From assembly GCA_964531805.1 (NCBI GenBank), contig CAZHGE010000001.1, positions 29,205-93,204 of the forward strand: a DNA stretch of 64,000 nt, in the 5' to 3' direction. The stretch is from an uncultured Lachnospiraceae bacterium (GTDB lineage Bacteria; Bacillota; Clostridia; Lachnospirales; Lachnospiraceae). Below are positions 48,940 through 57,989 of the stretch, piece by piece. The notes beneath the pieces were generated by a model. The model did no database searches and was not told where the DNA came from. It saw nothing but the letters and a program-made list of their open reading frames with translations. The translations under genes and the position numbers were made by a program. Every line of letters begins with the position of its first letter. The stretch's first letter is position 1.

Positions 48940-48968
48940 AATATACCATTTTGCATACAAAACGTCAA
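48940..48968 (-). promoter_or_regulatory. candidate sigma-A promoter of the CBS/CorC gene
   Basis: Minus strand reads TTGACG (48968-48963), a 17-nt spacer, then TATATT (48945-48940), about 36 nt upstream of the ATG. Confidence 0.5.
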
Positions 48969-49005
48969 GAAAGCATTATAGACCAGGCACGACCATTCTC
49001 TTTTT

Positions 49006-49341
49006 CTAAAGTGCCAGGCTGATTTTGAGTGCACGATCCACTTTCTGCATCATTTCCACATCCAAATGACAAACCTGGCTTTTTAAGCGCTGCTTATCAA
49101 TCGTACGAATCTGTTCTAATAATATTACGGAATCTTTGATCAATTCACATTGTCTGCTGTCTAAATGAATATGCGTAGGCAGCTGTGTCTTATGTAACTT
49201 AGATGTAATGGCTGCCACTATAACGGTTGGGGAATGAAGATTCCCTGTATCATTTTGTATAACTAAGACCGGACGAATGCCTCCCTGTTCAGAGCCAATC
49301 ACCGGTCTTAAATCTGCGTAATATATATCTCCTCTTTTCAC
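49006..49341 (-). CDS. mazF: MazF/PemK-family endoribonuclease toxin (EndoA/NdoA-like)
   Basis: [30 protein letters not shown]...[10 protein letters not shown]...PTHIHL...[17 protein letters not shown] closely follows Bacillus EndoA as I remember it. The start is GTG with only a weak AAGGG RBS. Confidence 0.85.
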   Translation of the reverse strand: MKRGDIYYADLRPVIGSEQGGIRPVLVIQNDTGNLHSPTVIVAAITSKLHKTQLPTHIHLDSRQCELIKDSVILLEQIRTIDKQRLKSQVCHLDVEMMQKVDRALKISLAL

Positions 49342-49457
49342 GGAAATTACCCTTTCTACACATTCTGCTTATACCGGTTGTGTAATGAAAGTATTTCCGC
49401 TTCTTAAAAAGGTATTCAATGAATTGAAATTTTTTCAAAAATTATTTTAGGTGTAAA

Positions 49458-50657
49458 TTATATTTTTTTGATTTTTACATCATCATAATAATCTTTCGCA
49501 CAAAAAGCTTTGCCATGTCTGAAAAACACTCGCGGCGTACGTTTTCCAATCTCACAGGCAAATTCATAATTAAAACGTCCGCTGAGTTCACCTAATTCTT
49601 CAATCGTAATGTTTTGATCTCCATCCTTGCCAATCAGGGTAACCTCATCCCCTTCTTTGCACTGTGGAACATCCGTCACATCCACCATAAATTGATCCAT
49701 ACAGATACGTCCGATAATGGGAGCCTTTTTCCCATGAACAAGAATATACCCTTTCCCGGTCAAATTACGTGGATATCCATCCGCATATCCCACTGGTATC
49801 GTCGCAATTCTTGTTTGTTTATCCGTAACATAGATGCCATTGTAACTTACCGGAGTGCCTGACTCTACTTCCTTGATATAAGTAATATGACTTTTTAATG
49901 ACAAAACAGGTTCTAATGGAATCACATCTTTATTCACTTCATCCGAAGGCCACATACCATATAAAATAATACCAGCGCGTACCAAATCCAGATTCGCCTG
50001 AGGCATATCTAAAATACCGGCAGAATTAGAACAATGCACAAAAGGAAACTTGTAACAAAATTCCTCTTCACAGTTTTTTACAAAGGTCATGAAACTCTCT
50101 AACTGTTTATTGGCCGCTGTTTTATCTCCTTCATCTGCTTTAGCAAAATGAGTAAAGATTCCTTCTACGGATAAATGTTCACACATAAGAGCCTCTTTCA
50201 CAAATAAAGCCCCTTCTTTATCTGGCTGTATACCAATACGTGCCATTCCCGTATCCACTTTAATATGTACTGCCGCCTTTACTCCTAATCTGGCTGCAGT
50301 TTGATCCAGTTCATGAAGCATATCCAAACGAAATATAGTTGGAATAATCTCCTGATTAATTAAGGTCTCATAACTGTATGGAAAAGTATAACCTAACACT
50401 AAAATTGGTTTTTTAATATTAGCATTGCGAAGCTGCATCGCTTCTTCAACACTGGCAACCGCAAATCCATATACATAGTCCATCTCTTCCATTTCCCATG
50501 CAATAGGGACAGCACCATGCCCATAACCATCTGCTTTTATAACTCCAAGAATTTTTGTATGCTCTGAAATGTGACTACGCATTGCGTCCAAATTATGATG
50601 AACGGCATCTAAATCAATATGAGCACATACTCTTGCATATTGTTCCATTCTATTCAT
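49458..50657 (-). CDS. alr: alanine racemase
   Basis: PLP-lysine motif VIKADGYGHG and the C-terminal domain pattern VSYNG..., PVGYADGYPR, ICMDQFMVD. Confidence 0.95.
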   Translation of the reverse strand: MNRMEQYARVCAHIDLDAVHHNLDAMRSHISEHTKILGVIKADGYGHGAVPIAWEMEEMDYVYGFAVASVEEAMQLRNANIKKPILVLGYTFPYSYETLINQEIIPTIFRLDMLHELDQTAARLGVKAAVHIKVDTGMARIGIQPDKEGALFVKEALMCEHLSVEGIFTHFAKADEGDKTAANKQLESFMTFVKNCEEEFCYKFPFVHCSNSAGILDMPQANLDLVRAGIILYGMWPSDEVNKDVIPLEPVLSLKSHITYIKEVESGTPVSYNGIYVTDKQTRIATIPVGYADGYPRNLTGKGYILVHGKKAPIIGRICMDQFMVDVTDVPQCKEGDEVTLIGKDGDQNITIEELGELSGRFNYEFACEIGKRTPRVFFRHGKAFCAKDYYDDVKIKKI

Positions 50658-50705
50658 TGCTTTTTCCTTCCATGAATTTGTATAGAATACATTTTCATGT
50701 TTATT

Positions 50706-52262
50706 TTATTTCAATATATATTTATACGCCTCAATGAGATCACTTGCAACCATAAAACTTTTTCCATTCTCTTTTGCGATGATATCCGCAGCTAATCCAT
50801 GCAGGTAAACACTTTGGCACACAGATTCAAAAGGTGTACATTTTTTGTTACGATTTTGGGCAAGTAAAGACGCTGTTAATCCCGCCAAAACATCTCCGCT
50901 TCCAGCTGTAGAAAGTCCATCATTTCCTGTAGTATTCAAATACCATTCTATATCTTTTTGACACACTAAAGTATCCGCATCCTTTGCCACCAAAATAACC
51001 GGATATTTTTCAAGCAGCATCTGAACGGCCGTATCTTTATTTTCTTTAATCTTGGAAATGCCACATTCTAAAAGTGACGCAAGCTCACCCGGATGAGGAG
51101 TAAATACAATTGCCTGCCCTATTTCTTTCAAACGATTAGCGCATTCTCTCACTTTTTCTTGTAACATTGTATTTTTAGCAATTAACTGCAGAGCATCCGC
51201 ATCAAAAACCACACTTTTCAGCGTATGATCCAGTACATATTCCACCATATTATATGCTGTTTCATCCTGTAAAAGGCCACACCCGATCACAATACAATCC
51301 GACCACTCCAGCCATTTTTGCATCTTAGCATATAATGAATCTATTTCCTCATAGGATGTATAAGTCTCTACCATTATTTCAGGCATTGTCTGTAAAAAAA
51401 CAGTTTTATTTTCTTTTTCTGTTAAAACCGCACTCATACCGCAGCCGCTTCTAAGTGCTGAGGAGGAACATAATATAGCGGCTCCTGTAGTAGATTTTCT
51501 TCCTGCAATAACAAAAACCTTTCCAAAGGTTCCTTTGTTTCCCATAGGGTCACGGTCAGATACATCTATCTTATTTTGATTGTTTAAATAAGTAAACATA
51601 TCTGGCACTTTATTCATAAAAGCAGTTTCATTAATAGCAATTTTCGCTTTCTTAAGCATTCCACAATGCAATCTTCCAGGATAAAACCATTGCCCTCTTT
51701 TATAAAATCCGAATGTAACCGTTAAATCTGCTTTTACAGCACACCCCAATACTCTACCGCTTGAAGCATCAATTCCAGAAGGAATGTCCACACTCAGTAC
51801 AGGTATTTTGCTATCATTGATTTTTTGAATAAGTTCTTTTACCGTTCCTGTAATCTCGCGATTTAATCCCACACCGAAAACTGCATCTAAAAGCATAGTA
51901 TATTTCTCAAAAACAATGTCATTCACATCGACCTGTTCTATTGAATAATGTGATGCAATAGAAAGCTGCCTTTGCAATTCTTCTGCATAAGGTGGTTCAT
52001 TTTTTAAAAGACAGAAATCACATACTATCCCATATTCATTTAAAATACGTCCAGCACAAATTCCATCTGCCCCATTATTACCATTTCCAGCTACAACCAA
52101 AACACGCGGATTTTCATGATTCTTTAGAAAATCCAACGCTTCCATCGCAACAGCATGCGCTGCGCGTTCTATTAAAACACAGGAAGGAATTCCTATTTTT
52201 TCAATGGTATTCTGATCGTATTCCTGCATTTCTTTTGCAGAAACAAGATATTCTTTCTTCAT
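50706..52262 (-). CDS. nnr: bifunctional NAD(P)H-hydrate epimerase / ADP-dependent dehydratase
   Basis: An N-terminal YjeF_N domain (VVAGNGNNGADG) and a C-terminal carbohydrate-kinase domain (TGNDGLSTAGSGDVLAG). Confidence 0.9.
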   Translation of the reverse strand: MKKEYLVSAKEMQEYDQNTIEKIGIPSCVLIERAAHAVAMEALDFLKNHENPRVLVVAGNGNNGADGICAGRILNEYGIVCDFCLLKNEPPYAEELQRQLSIASHYSIEQVDVNDIVFEKYTMLLDAVFGVGLNREITGTVKELIQKINDSKIPVLSVDIPSGIDASSGRVLGCAVKADLTVTFGFYKRGQWFYPGRLHCGMLKKAKIAINETAFMNKVPDMFTYLNNQNKIDVSDRDPMGNKGTFGKVFVIAGRKSTTGAAILCSSSALRSGCGMSAVLTEKENKTVFLQTMPEIMVETYTSYEEIDSLYAKMQKWLEWSDCIVIGCGLLQDETAYNMVEYVLDHTLKSVVFDADALQLIAKNTMLQEKVRECANRLKEIGQAIVFTPHPGELASLLECGISKIKENKDTAVQMLLEKYPVILVAKDADTLVCQKDIEWYLNTTGNDGLSTAGSGDVLAGLTASLLAQNRNKKCTPFESVCQSVYLHGLAADIIAKENGKSFMVASDLIEAYKYILK

Positions 52263-52265
52263 TCC

Positions 52266-52904
52266 TTACTTATTTCCCTTTACATGAATAGCGGTTTTAT
52301 TGTCAGGATTATATTTCATATCAAACAGGTCAATTACATCAGAGCCAAAAATATCATGCATAAAGGAATAGATTTCCTGATTTGCAATCTCCATTTCCTG
52401 TTTGCGCACTACATTCTTCTTAAGTTCTACTCTAACCTCTGCAATCCAGTCTGCAATTTCCTTGATGTCTTTTTCATTTGCATGCATATTTTCATAACAA
52501 ATACGCATGGTCTCTGCCATTAATTCTTTGTTCACTTCATCAATCATTTTCGGAAGTTCCAGTAATTCATCCTGATACTGTTCCATTTTTTCATTACATT
52601 CATTGATCAAGCGTTTGTTATCTTCCGTTTTTTTGATGGAAGCCGCATCCTGTTTTTCCATCATTGCCACGATTTCATCCATTAATTTCTTTTTGATTTT
52701 ACGGATGCTCTGCGTTTCCGTCGTACATTTTCCCTGGCGGCGCAGTAAATCATTTAATTCCTGTTCTTTTTCTGTAATCCTGCGCGTTTTTTCTACACGC
52801 ATAAATAGCTGATGCCACTTATGATCCAGTGTTACTGCCGCAATTTTTTTACCAGCCAGGGCGGCCATATATTTTTCCTCTGATTTACCTGTATCTCTGC
52901 CCAT
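52266..52904 (-). CDS. coiled-coil hypothetical protein
   Basis: 212 aa, highly charged, with heptad-rich K/E sequence. I recognise no motif. AGAGGA RBS lies 5 nt upstream. Confidence 0.6.
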   Translation of the reverse strand: MGRDTGKSEEKYMAALAGKKIAAVTLDHKWHQLFMRVEKTRRITEKEQELNDLLRRQGKCTTETQSIRKIKKKLMDEIVAMMEKQDAASIKKTEDNKRLINECNEKMEQYQDELLELPKMIDEVNKELMAETMRICYENMHANEKDIKEIADWIAEVRVELKKNVVRKQEMEIANQEIYSFMHDIFGSDVIDLFDMKYNPDNKTAIHVKGNK

Positions 52905-52966
52905 TTTAATCCTCTTCTCTGTTTATATTTCATATAACACAATGCCACATACTATCATTAGTGGTG

Positions 52967-53650
52967 TTAACTGGAGATCTGATAGGATAATTTCATCAGA
53001 CTATCCGATAAATGTACATTCTCAACTAATACGTTATCCGGTACTTCTAAATCCACATGGGCAAAATTCCAAATTCCTCTTATCCCACATTCTACCAACT
53101 GTTCAGCCACTTTGACTGCGCCCGTTTTAGGAATCGTCAAAACTGCAATATCAATATCATTTTCTTTAATAAAGCCCTGCATATTTTCCATAGGCTGAAT
53201 GGGAATGTTACGAACGGTTTTTCCAATCAAATTGGGATTGATATCAAAAATACCAGTAATAATAAATCCTCTTTTTTCAAAATTCATATAATTAGCAAGG
53301 GCCTGACCTAAATTGCCAGCTCCAATCAATATAAGATTATGGGATTTATGAAGACCTAAGATTTTACCAATTTCTACATATAAGTAATCCACGTTATAAC
53401 CATATCCCTGCTGACCAAACCCACCAAAATGATTAAAGTCCTGACGAATCTGGGAAGCCGTCACACGCATAATACGGCTCAATTCCTGGCTGGAAACACG
53501 TTCTACACCTGCATCCTTTAAATCACCAAGATAACGGTGGTATCTAGGCAGACGCGTAATAACTGCTTGAGAAATCTCCTTTGTAGAACACGCATCTTTT
53601 TCTAAAACAATCCCCTTTTCTTGTAATGATGCATTGTTATTCTTTGCCAT
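52967..53650 (-). CDS. rex: redox-sensing transcriptional repressor Rex
   Basis: Winged-helix ISQAVITRLPRYHRYL plus the Rossmann motif LIGAGNLGQALA. The track start at 53656 is TTG, so I use ATG 53650, 8 nt after AAGG. Confidence 0.9.
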   Translation of the reverse strand: MAKNNNASLQEKGIVLEKDACSTKEISQAVITRLPRYHRYLGDLKDAGVERVSSQELSRIMRVTASQIRQDFNHFGGFGQQGYGYNVDYLYVEIGKILGLHKSHNLILIGAGNLGQALANYMNFEKRGFIITGIFDINPNLIGKTVRNIPIQPMENMQGFIKENDIDIAVLTIPKTGAVKVAEQLVECGIRGIWNFAHVDLEVPDNVLVENVHLSDSLMKLSYQISS

Positions 53651-53725
53651 ATACAAGACCTTACCTTTCTAATCATGCTAGTCTGCACTACCCCTAAATT
53701 GCAGATTACATTTAGTTTTATATTT

Positions 53726-53755
53726 ATTATAAACCTTTTGTTAAAATAATGTCAA
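53726..53755 (-). promoter_or_regulatory. candidate rex promoter with an overlapping Rex-box-like inverted repeat
   Basis: Minus strand reads TTGACA (53755-53750), an 18-nt spacer, then TATAAT (53731-53726). The sequence TTGTTAAAATAATGTCAA (53738-53755, plus strand) has a perfect TTGTTAA half-site and a degenerate second half. Confidence 0.45.
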
Positions 53756-53771
53756 TCGAACCTTCTATTTA

Positions 53772-53800
53772 TTGACATTAAGTTCTCAAACTTGTAAGAT
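53772..53800 (+). promoter_or_regulatory. candidate sigma-A promoter of the ABC-F gene
   Basis: TTGACA (53772-53777), a 17-nt spacer, then TAAGAT (53795-53800). It sits back-to-back with the rex promoter. Confidence 0.5.
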
Positions 53801-53820
53801 AGCAAATGAATACAACAAAC

Positions 53821-53886
53821 GACACCTCGCTTCGCGAGTTGTCTTATTGACCAAAACGTCGGTGCGCTTCGCGAACTGTCTTATTG
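53821..53886 (+). promoter_or_regulatory. tandemly duplicated hairpin module in the ABC-F leader (possible attenuator)
   Basis: Two 37-bp-period copies. Copy 1 is GACACCTCGC-ttc-GCGAGTTGTC + TTATTG at 53821-53849. Copy 2 is GTCGGTGCGC-ttc-GCGAACTGTC + TTATTG at 53858-53886. Each forms a stem of about 9-10 bp, and at least one stem position differs between copies in a compensatory way (C-G versus U-A). Confidence 0.5.
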
Positions 53887-53907
53887 GATTATAAGGAAGT
53901 ATATAAT

Positions 53908-55878
53908 ATGATCTTATCCTGTCAAAATATCAACAAAACTTTTGTAGATGATCATCTGTTAAAAGATGTATCTTTTCATATTAATGAATACGATAAGGCC
54001 GCTTTAATTGGTATTAACGGTTGTGGCAAAACCACTCTTCTGCGCATTATCATGGGTGAAATGTCCGCTGATGATGGACTTATTACAGTTGCTAAAGATA
54101 CTACTATCGGCTATCTGCCTCAGAACGCTCTTCTTTCCAGCACACGTTCTATATATAATGAATTGCTTTCTGTCAGACAAGAACTGATTCATCTGGAAGA
54201 ACGTCTGCGCAATATGGAAGATGAAATGAATCTGGTATCAGGCAAAGAGTTGGAAAATCTTGTGGAAAAATATACCCTTGCTTCCCAGCGTTTTGAACGG
54301 GAAGGCGGTCTTACTTATAAAAGTGAAATTACCGGTGTATTGAAAGGTCTTGGTTTTGACTTGGAAGATTTTAACAGGGATATATTCACTCTTTCCGGCG
54401 GTCAAAAAACACGTGTAGCACTAGGTAAGCTCCTTATTACCAAACCGGATTTGATTATTTTGGACGAGCCTACCAACCATCTGGATATGAACGCCATTAT
54501 GTGGCTGGAAAATTATCTGTTGAACTATAAAGGAACGGTTTTTATCGTATCCCATGACCGATATTTTTTAGATAAAATTGTCAACAAGGTTTATGAACTG
54601 GAAAACGGACACATGTCTACCTTTACCGGCAATTACACAGATTATGCCACCAAAAAAGAAATTCTTCGTATTGCTGCGCTCAATGCTTACCGTAATAATC
54701 AGCGTGAAATAAAACATCAGGAAGAAGTTATTAAAAAACTCCGCTCTTTTAACCGTGAAAAATCCATCAAACGTGCTGAGAGCCGTGAAAAAATGTTAAA
54801 CAAAATGGAAGTCGTTGAAAAGCCATTGGATGAAAATGATTCCATGCATTTGACATTGACCCCTCGATTTGAAAGTGGAAATGATGTTCTGACTATAACT
54901 GATCTATCAAAAGCATTTGACAGCAATGTATTATTTCACGACCTCTCCTGTTTCATTCAAAAAGGAGAACACATTGCCATCATCGGTGATAATGGAACTG
55001 GTAAATCCACTCTGTTAAAGATTATTAATCAGGTAATGGAGGCTGACTGCGGAACCATAAAAACCGGCGCTAATGTAGAAATCGGTTATTACGACCAGGA
55101 ACACCATGTGCTGCACGAAAACAAAAGCATATTTGACGAAATATCAGACGATTATCCAACGCTGACCAATACAGAAATACGCAATGTGCTTGCTGCTTTC
55201 CTATTTACTGGTGAAGATGTTTATAAAATGGTTGGTTCCTTAAGCGGTGGAGAAAAAGGACGTGTCCTTCTTGCCAAACTCATGCTTTCACAGGCTAACT
55301 TTTTAATCCTGGATGAGCCAACTAACCATTTGGATATTACTTCCAAAGAGATTTTAGAAGATGCTTTAAATTCTTATACCGGAACGGTACTTTATGTATC
55401 CCACGACCGATACTTTATCAACCGTACCGCTTCCCGTATTTTAGACCTTACTAAAGAAGGATTTGTGAATTATTTAGGCAACTATGATTATTACCTTGAG
55501 AAAAAAGAACAGGCTTCTGTTTCGTCAGCAAATGGGGGTACAGTTTCCAGTAATAGTGTTCCTGGTTTAAGTGGCACTGGTAACAAGGCAGTATATGGAA
55601 ACTCTGCCCCAACTCCTGCCAGCGAAAGCAAATTAGACTGGAAAGCCCAGAAAGAACAACAGGCAGCAGCCCGCAAACGTGAAAATGAAATCGCACGTCT
55701 CGAAGCAGAAATTGAAAAACTCGAAAACCGCGATTCTGAAATCGACGAACTAATGGCATCTCCAGAATACTGCAATGTTTCCGCAAAACTCATGGAATTA
55801 CAGCAGGAAAAAGATGAGATATTTTCGAAATTAGAAACTGCTTATGAGAGATGGGAAGAATTAAATACTGAAGAATAG
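53908..55878 (+). CDS. ABC-F family ATPase (Uup/YdiF-like, with a C-terminal coiled-coil extension)
   Basis: Two ABC cassettes with no TM domain: GINGCGKTT / LSGGQKTRV / ILDEPTNHLD and GDNGTGKST / LSGGEKGRV / ILDEPTNHLD. The basic inter-domain linker is about 65 aa. The track start at 53884 is TTG, so I use ATG 53908, 8 nt after AAGGAAG. Confidence 0.9.
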   Translation: MILSCQNINKTFVDDHLLKDVSFHINEYDKAALIGINGCGKTTLLRIIMGEMSADDGLITVAKDTTIGYLPQNALLSSTRSIYNELLSVRQELIHLEERLRNMEDEMNLVSGKELENLVEKYTLASQRFEREGGLTYKSEITGVLKGLGFDLEDFNRDIFTLSGGQKTRVALGKLLITKPDLIILDEPTNHLDMNAIMWLENYLLNYKGTVFIVSHDRYFLDKIVNKVYELENGHMSTFTGNYTDYATKKEILRIAALNAYRNNQREIKHQEEVIKKLRSFNREKSIKRAESREKMLNKMEVVEKPLDENDSMHLTLTPRFESGNDVLTITDLSKAFDSNVLFHDLSCFIQKGEHIAIIGDNGTGKSTLLKIINQVMEADCGTIKTGANVEIGYYDQEHHVLHENKSIFDEISDDYPTLTNTEIRNVLAAFLFTGEDVYKMVGSLSGGEKGRVLLAKLMLSQANFLILDEPTNHLDITSKEILEDALNSYTGTVLYVSHDRYFINRTASRILDLTKEGFVNYLGNYDYYLEKKEQASVSSANGGTVSSNSVPGLSGTGNKAVYGNSAPTPASESKLDWKAQKEQQAAARKRENEIARLEAEIEKLENRDSEIDELMASPEYCNVSAKLMELQQEKDEIFSKLETAYERWEELNTEE

Positions 55879-55885
55879 ATAAATA

Positions 55886-55953
55886 AAATACCCCCTGTAT
55901 ATGCGCAGGCAACTAGCGAAGCGTGAGGTTGCAAGCATATATAGGGGGTATTT
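55886..55953. terminator. bidirectional terminator shared by the convergent ABC-F and icd genes
   Basis: A 19-bp outer stem AAATACCCCCTGTATATGC / GCATATATAGGGGGTATTT with one mismatch. It encloses an inner GCAAC...GTTGC stem and has A/T runs on both sides. Confidence 0.8.
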
Positions 55954-55962
55954 ATTGATTAA

Positions 55963-57171
55963 TTATAATAATGTATCCAATTCTTCTCTAATCGCCTTAA
56001 TGAAGTCCTGACTATTCAGTACAGTTACATCTTTAAGTGATGTGATGAGTGCAAGATCCTTTGTCATCTTGCCATTTTCGATGGTGGATAAAGTTGCTTT
56101 TTCAAGTGCATCTGCAAACTTCATAAGATCGGCATTGTTATCCAGTTCACCACGCTTGCGAAGTGCACCAGTCCATGCGAAAATAGTTGCTACAGAATTC
56201 GTAGAAGTTTCTTCACCCTTTAAATGTTTGTAATAATGACGCTGTACCGTTCCATGGGCTGCTTCATATTCGTATACGCCGCTTGGGGAAACCAAAACAC
56301 TTGTCATCATAGCAAGGGAACCAAATGCAGAGGATACCATATCACTCATAACATCTCCATCATAATTCTTACAAGCCCAGATAAATCCACCTTTTGACTT
56401 CATAACACGGGCAACAGCATCATCGATCAATGTATAGAAATACTCAATACCAGCTGCCTCAAATTTGTCTTTATACTCTTCTTCATAAATCTTCTGGAAG
56501 ATATCTTTAAATGTATGGTCATACTTTTTAGAAATCGTATCCTTTGTTGCAAACCATATATCCTGTTTTAAATCAAGGGCATAGGATAAACATGCTCTTG
56601 CAAAACTTTCAATGGACTTCTCTGTATTGTGCATACCCTGTAATACACCAGCCCCTTTAAAGGTATGAATCACCTCTCTTGTTTCCGTACCATCTTCTGC
56701 TGTGAAAACAAGTTCTGCTTTACCAGCACCAGGAACTTTAATCTCTACATTCTTATATACATCACCATAAGCATGTCTTGCCAGTGTAATTGGCTGCTCC
56801 CAGTTTCGTACACATGGTTCAATTCCCTTTACAATAATTGGTGTACGGAAAACAGTACCATCTAACATAGCACGAATAGTTCCATTTGGACTCTTCCACA
56901 TTTCTTTTAAATTGTATTCTGTCATTCTTGCTGCATTTGGTGTGATGGTTGCACATTTTACAGCAACACCATATTTCATAGTCGCATTAGCAGAATCAAC
57001 CGTTACCTGATCGTTTGTTTCATTACGGTGTTCCAAACCAAGATCGTAATATTCTGTTTTTAAATCAATATACGGAATCAACAACTCATCCTTAATCATC
57101 TGCCAGAGGATTCTGGTCATTTCATCTCCATCCATCTCGACTAAGGGAGTAGTCATTTTAATCTTATCCAT
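55963..57171 (-). CDS. icd: NADP-dependent isocitrate dehydrogenase (eukaryote-like type II, about 400 aa)
   Basis: [13 protein letters not shown]..., [29 protein letters not shown] and [12 protein letters not shown] match the pattern of type II homodimeric IDH. Strong AAGGAG RBS. Confidence 0.9.
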   Translation of the reverse strand: MDKIKMTTPLVEMDGDEMTRILWQMIKDELLIPYIDLKTEYYDLGLEHRNETNDQVTVDSANATMKYGVAVKCATITPNAARMTEYNLKEMWKSPNGTIRAMLDGTVFRTPIIVKGIEPCVRNWEQPITLARHAYGDVYKNVEIKVPGAGKAELVFTAEDGTETREVIHTFKGAGVLQGMHNTEKSIESFARACLSYALDLKQDIWFATKDTISKKYDHTFKDIFQKIYEEEYKDKFEAAGIEYFYTLIDDAVARVMKSKGGFIWACKNYDGDVMSDMVSSAFGSLAMMTSVLVSPSGVYEYEAAHGTVQRHYYKHLKGEETSTNSVATIFAWTGALRKRGELDNNADLMKFADALEKATLSTIENGKMTKDLALITSLKDVTVLNSQDFIKAIREELDTLL

Positions 57172-57191
57172 ATTATTCTCCTTTTTACAAC

Positions 57192-57218
57192 ACGTCGATC
57201 CGCAAAGCGTATCGACGT
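57192..57218 (-). other. intercistronic hairpin between the GntR gene and icd
   Basis: ACGTCGAT-ccgcaaagcgt-ATCGACGT, an 8-bp outer stem with an inner CGC/GCG stem. On the minus-strand RNA it is followed by GUUGUAAAAAGGAG, with no U tract. Confidence 0.5.
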
Positions 57219-57242
57219 ATAATTTCTTTATCCTGACGGCTA

Positions 57243-57989
57243 TTATTCTACCATATTATGGTCATCACTTCCATAAAAGAATTCATCTTCCTGTGGTGTT
57301 TCCTGTCCATAAGCTTCATAAAGACCATTCTGTACCATATTTTTATAGGCATTTACAATATGTTGGTTCGCCAAACGTTCTGCTTCCTGAGGCTTCTTAT
57401 TTTTAATTGCCTCAAAAATCTGTTCATGCTCTAAGGTAGACTCTGTACTACGCTTAAACTGTGACAATGTTTTTTTACGCACGCGAAGAACATAATCATG
57501 AAAATCACGCAGTTGATGTTCTAACATCTTTGAATTACAGGCTTCATAAAGCACTTCATGAAAACGATTATCCAAATCAGCAATTTGTTCCATGTGTCCT
57601 TTCTGAGCATGAAATTTGGATAGATAGATATTTTCTTCTAATTCATCCATTTGCTCCGGCGTAATATTTAAGGTAGCCCAATAAGCACATAACCCTTCTA
57701 ACTTGGAACGAATCATATAAATGTCTTTTACATCTTTTACAGTAATACCTGTTACATAGGCTCCTTTATTAGGAATAATCTGAATCAAGCCTTCTAATTC
57801 CAGTTGACGAAAAGCTTCTCTAACCGGTGTTCTGCTGACCCCCAGTTCTTCTCCAATAGCAACTTCACGTAATTCCTCATTTTCTTTATATTTTCCACTC
57901 AATATGTCTGCACGGAGTTTATTAAACACTCTTCCTCTAAGGGAATATTTATCCGTCACTTCTTGTTTTACATCATATCGGCTATTCAT
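57243..57989 (-). CDS. GntR-family transcriptional regulator, FadR/FCD subfamily
   Basis: An N-terminal wHTH ([30 protein letters not shown]) and an all-helical FCD-type C-terminal domain. It overlaps the upstream gene by 8 nt. Confidence 0.85.
   Translation of the reverse strand: MNSRYDVKQEVTDKYSLRGRVFNKLRADILSGKYKENEELREVAIGEELGVSRTPVREAFRQLELEGLIQIIPNKGAYVTGITVKDVKDIYMIRSKLEGLCAYWATLNITPEQMDELEENIYLSKFHAQKGHMEQIADLDNRFHEVLYEACNSKMLEHQLRDFHDYVLRVRKKTLSQFKRSTESTLEHEQIFEAIKNKKPQEAERLANQHIVNAYKNMVQNGLYEAYGQETPQEDEFFYGSDDHNMVE

Noticed and set aside
53884-53907. ORF-track start of the ABC-F gene at 53884
   Set aside because: That codon is TTG inside the second leader repeat. ATG 53908 has AAGGAAG at the correct spacing.
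55451-55793. Two antisense ORFs (about 100-111 aa) within the ABC-F 3' region
   Set aside because: They lie opposite the low-complexity, coiled-coil-coding part of the ABC-F gene. They have no RBS and no recognisable features.
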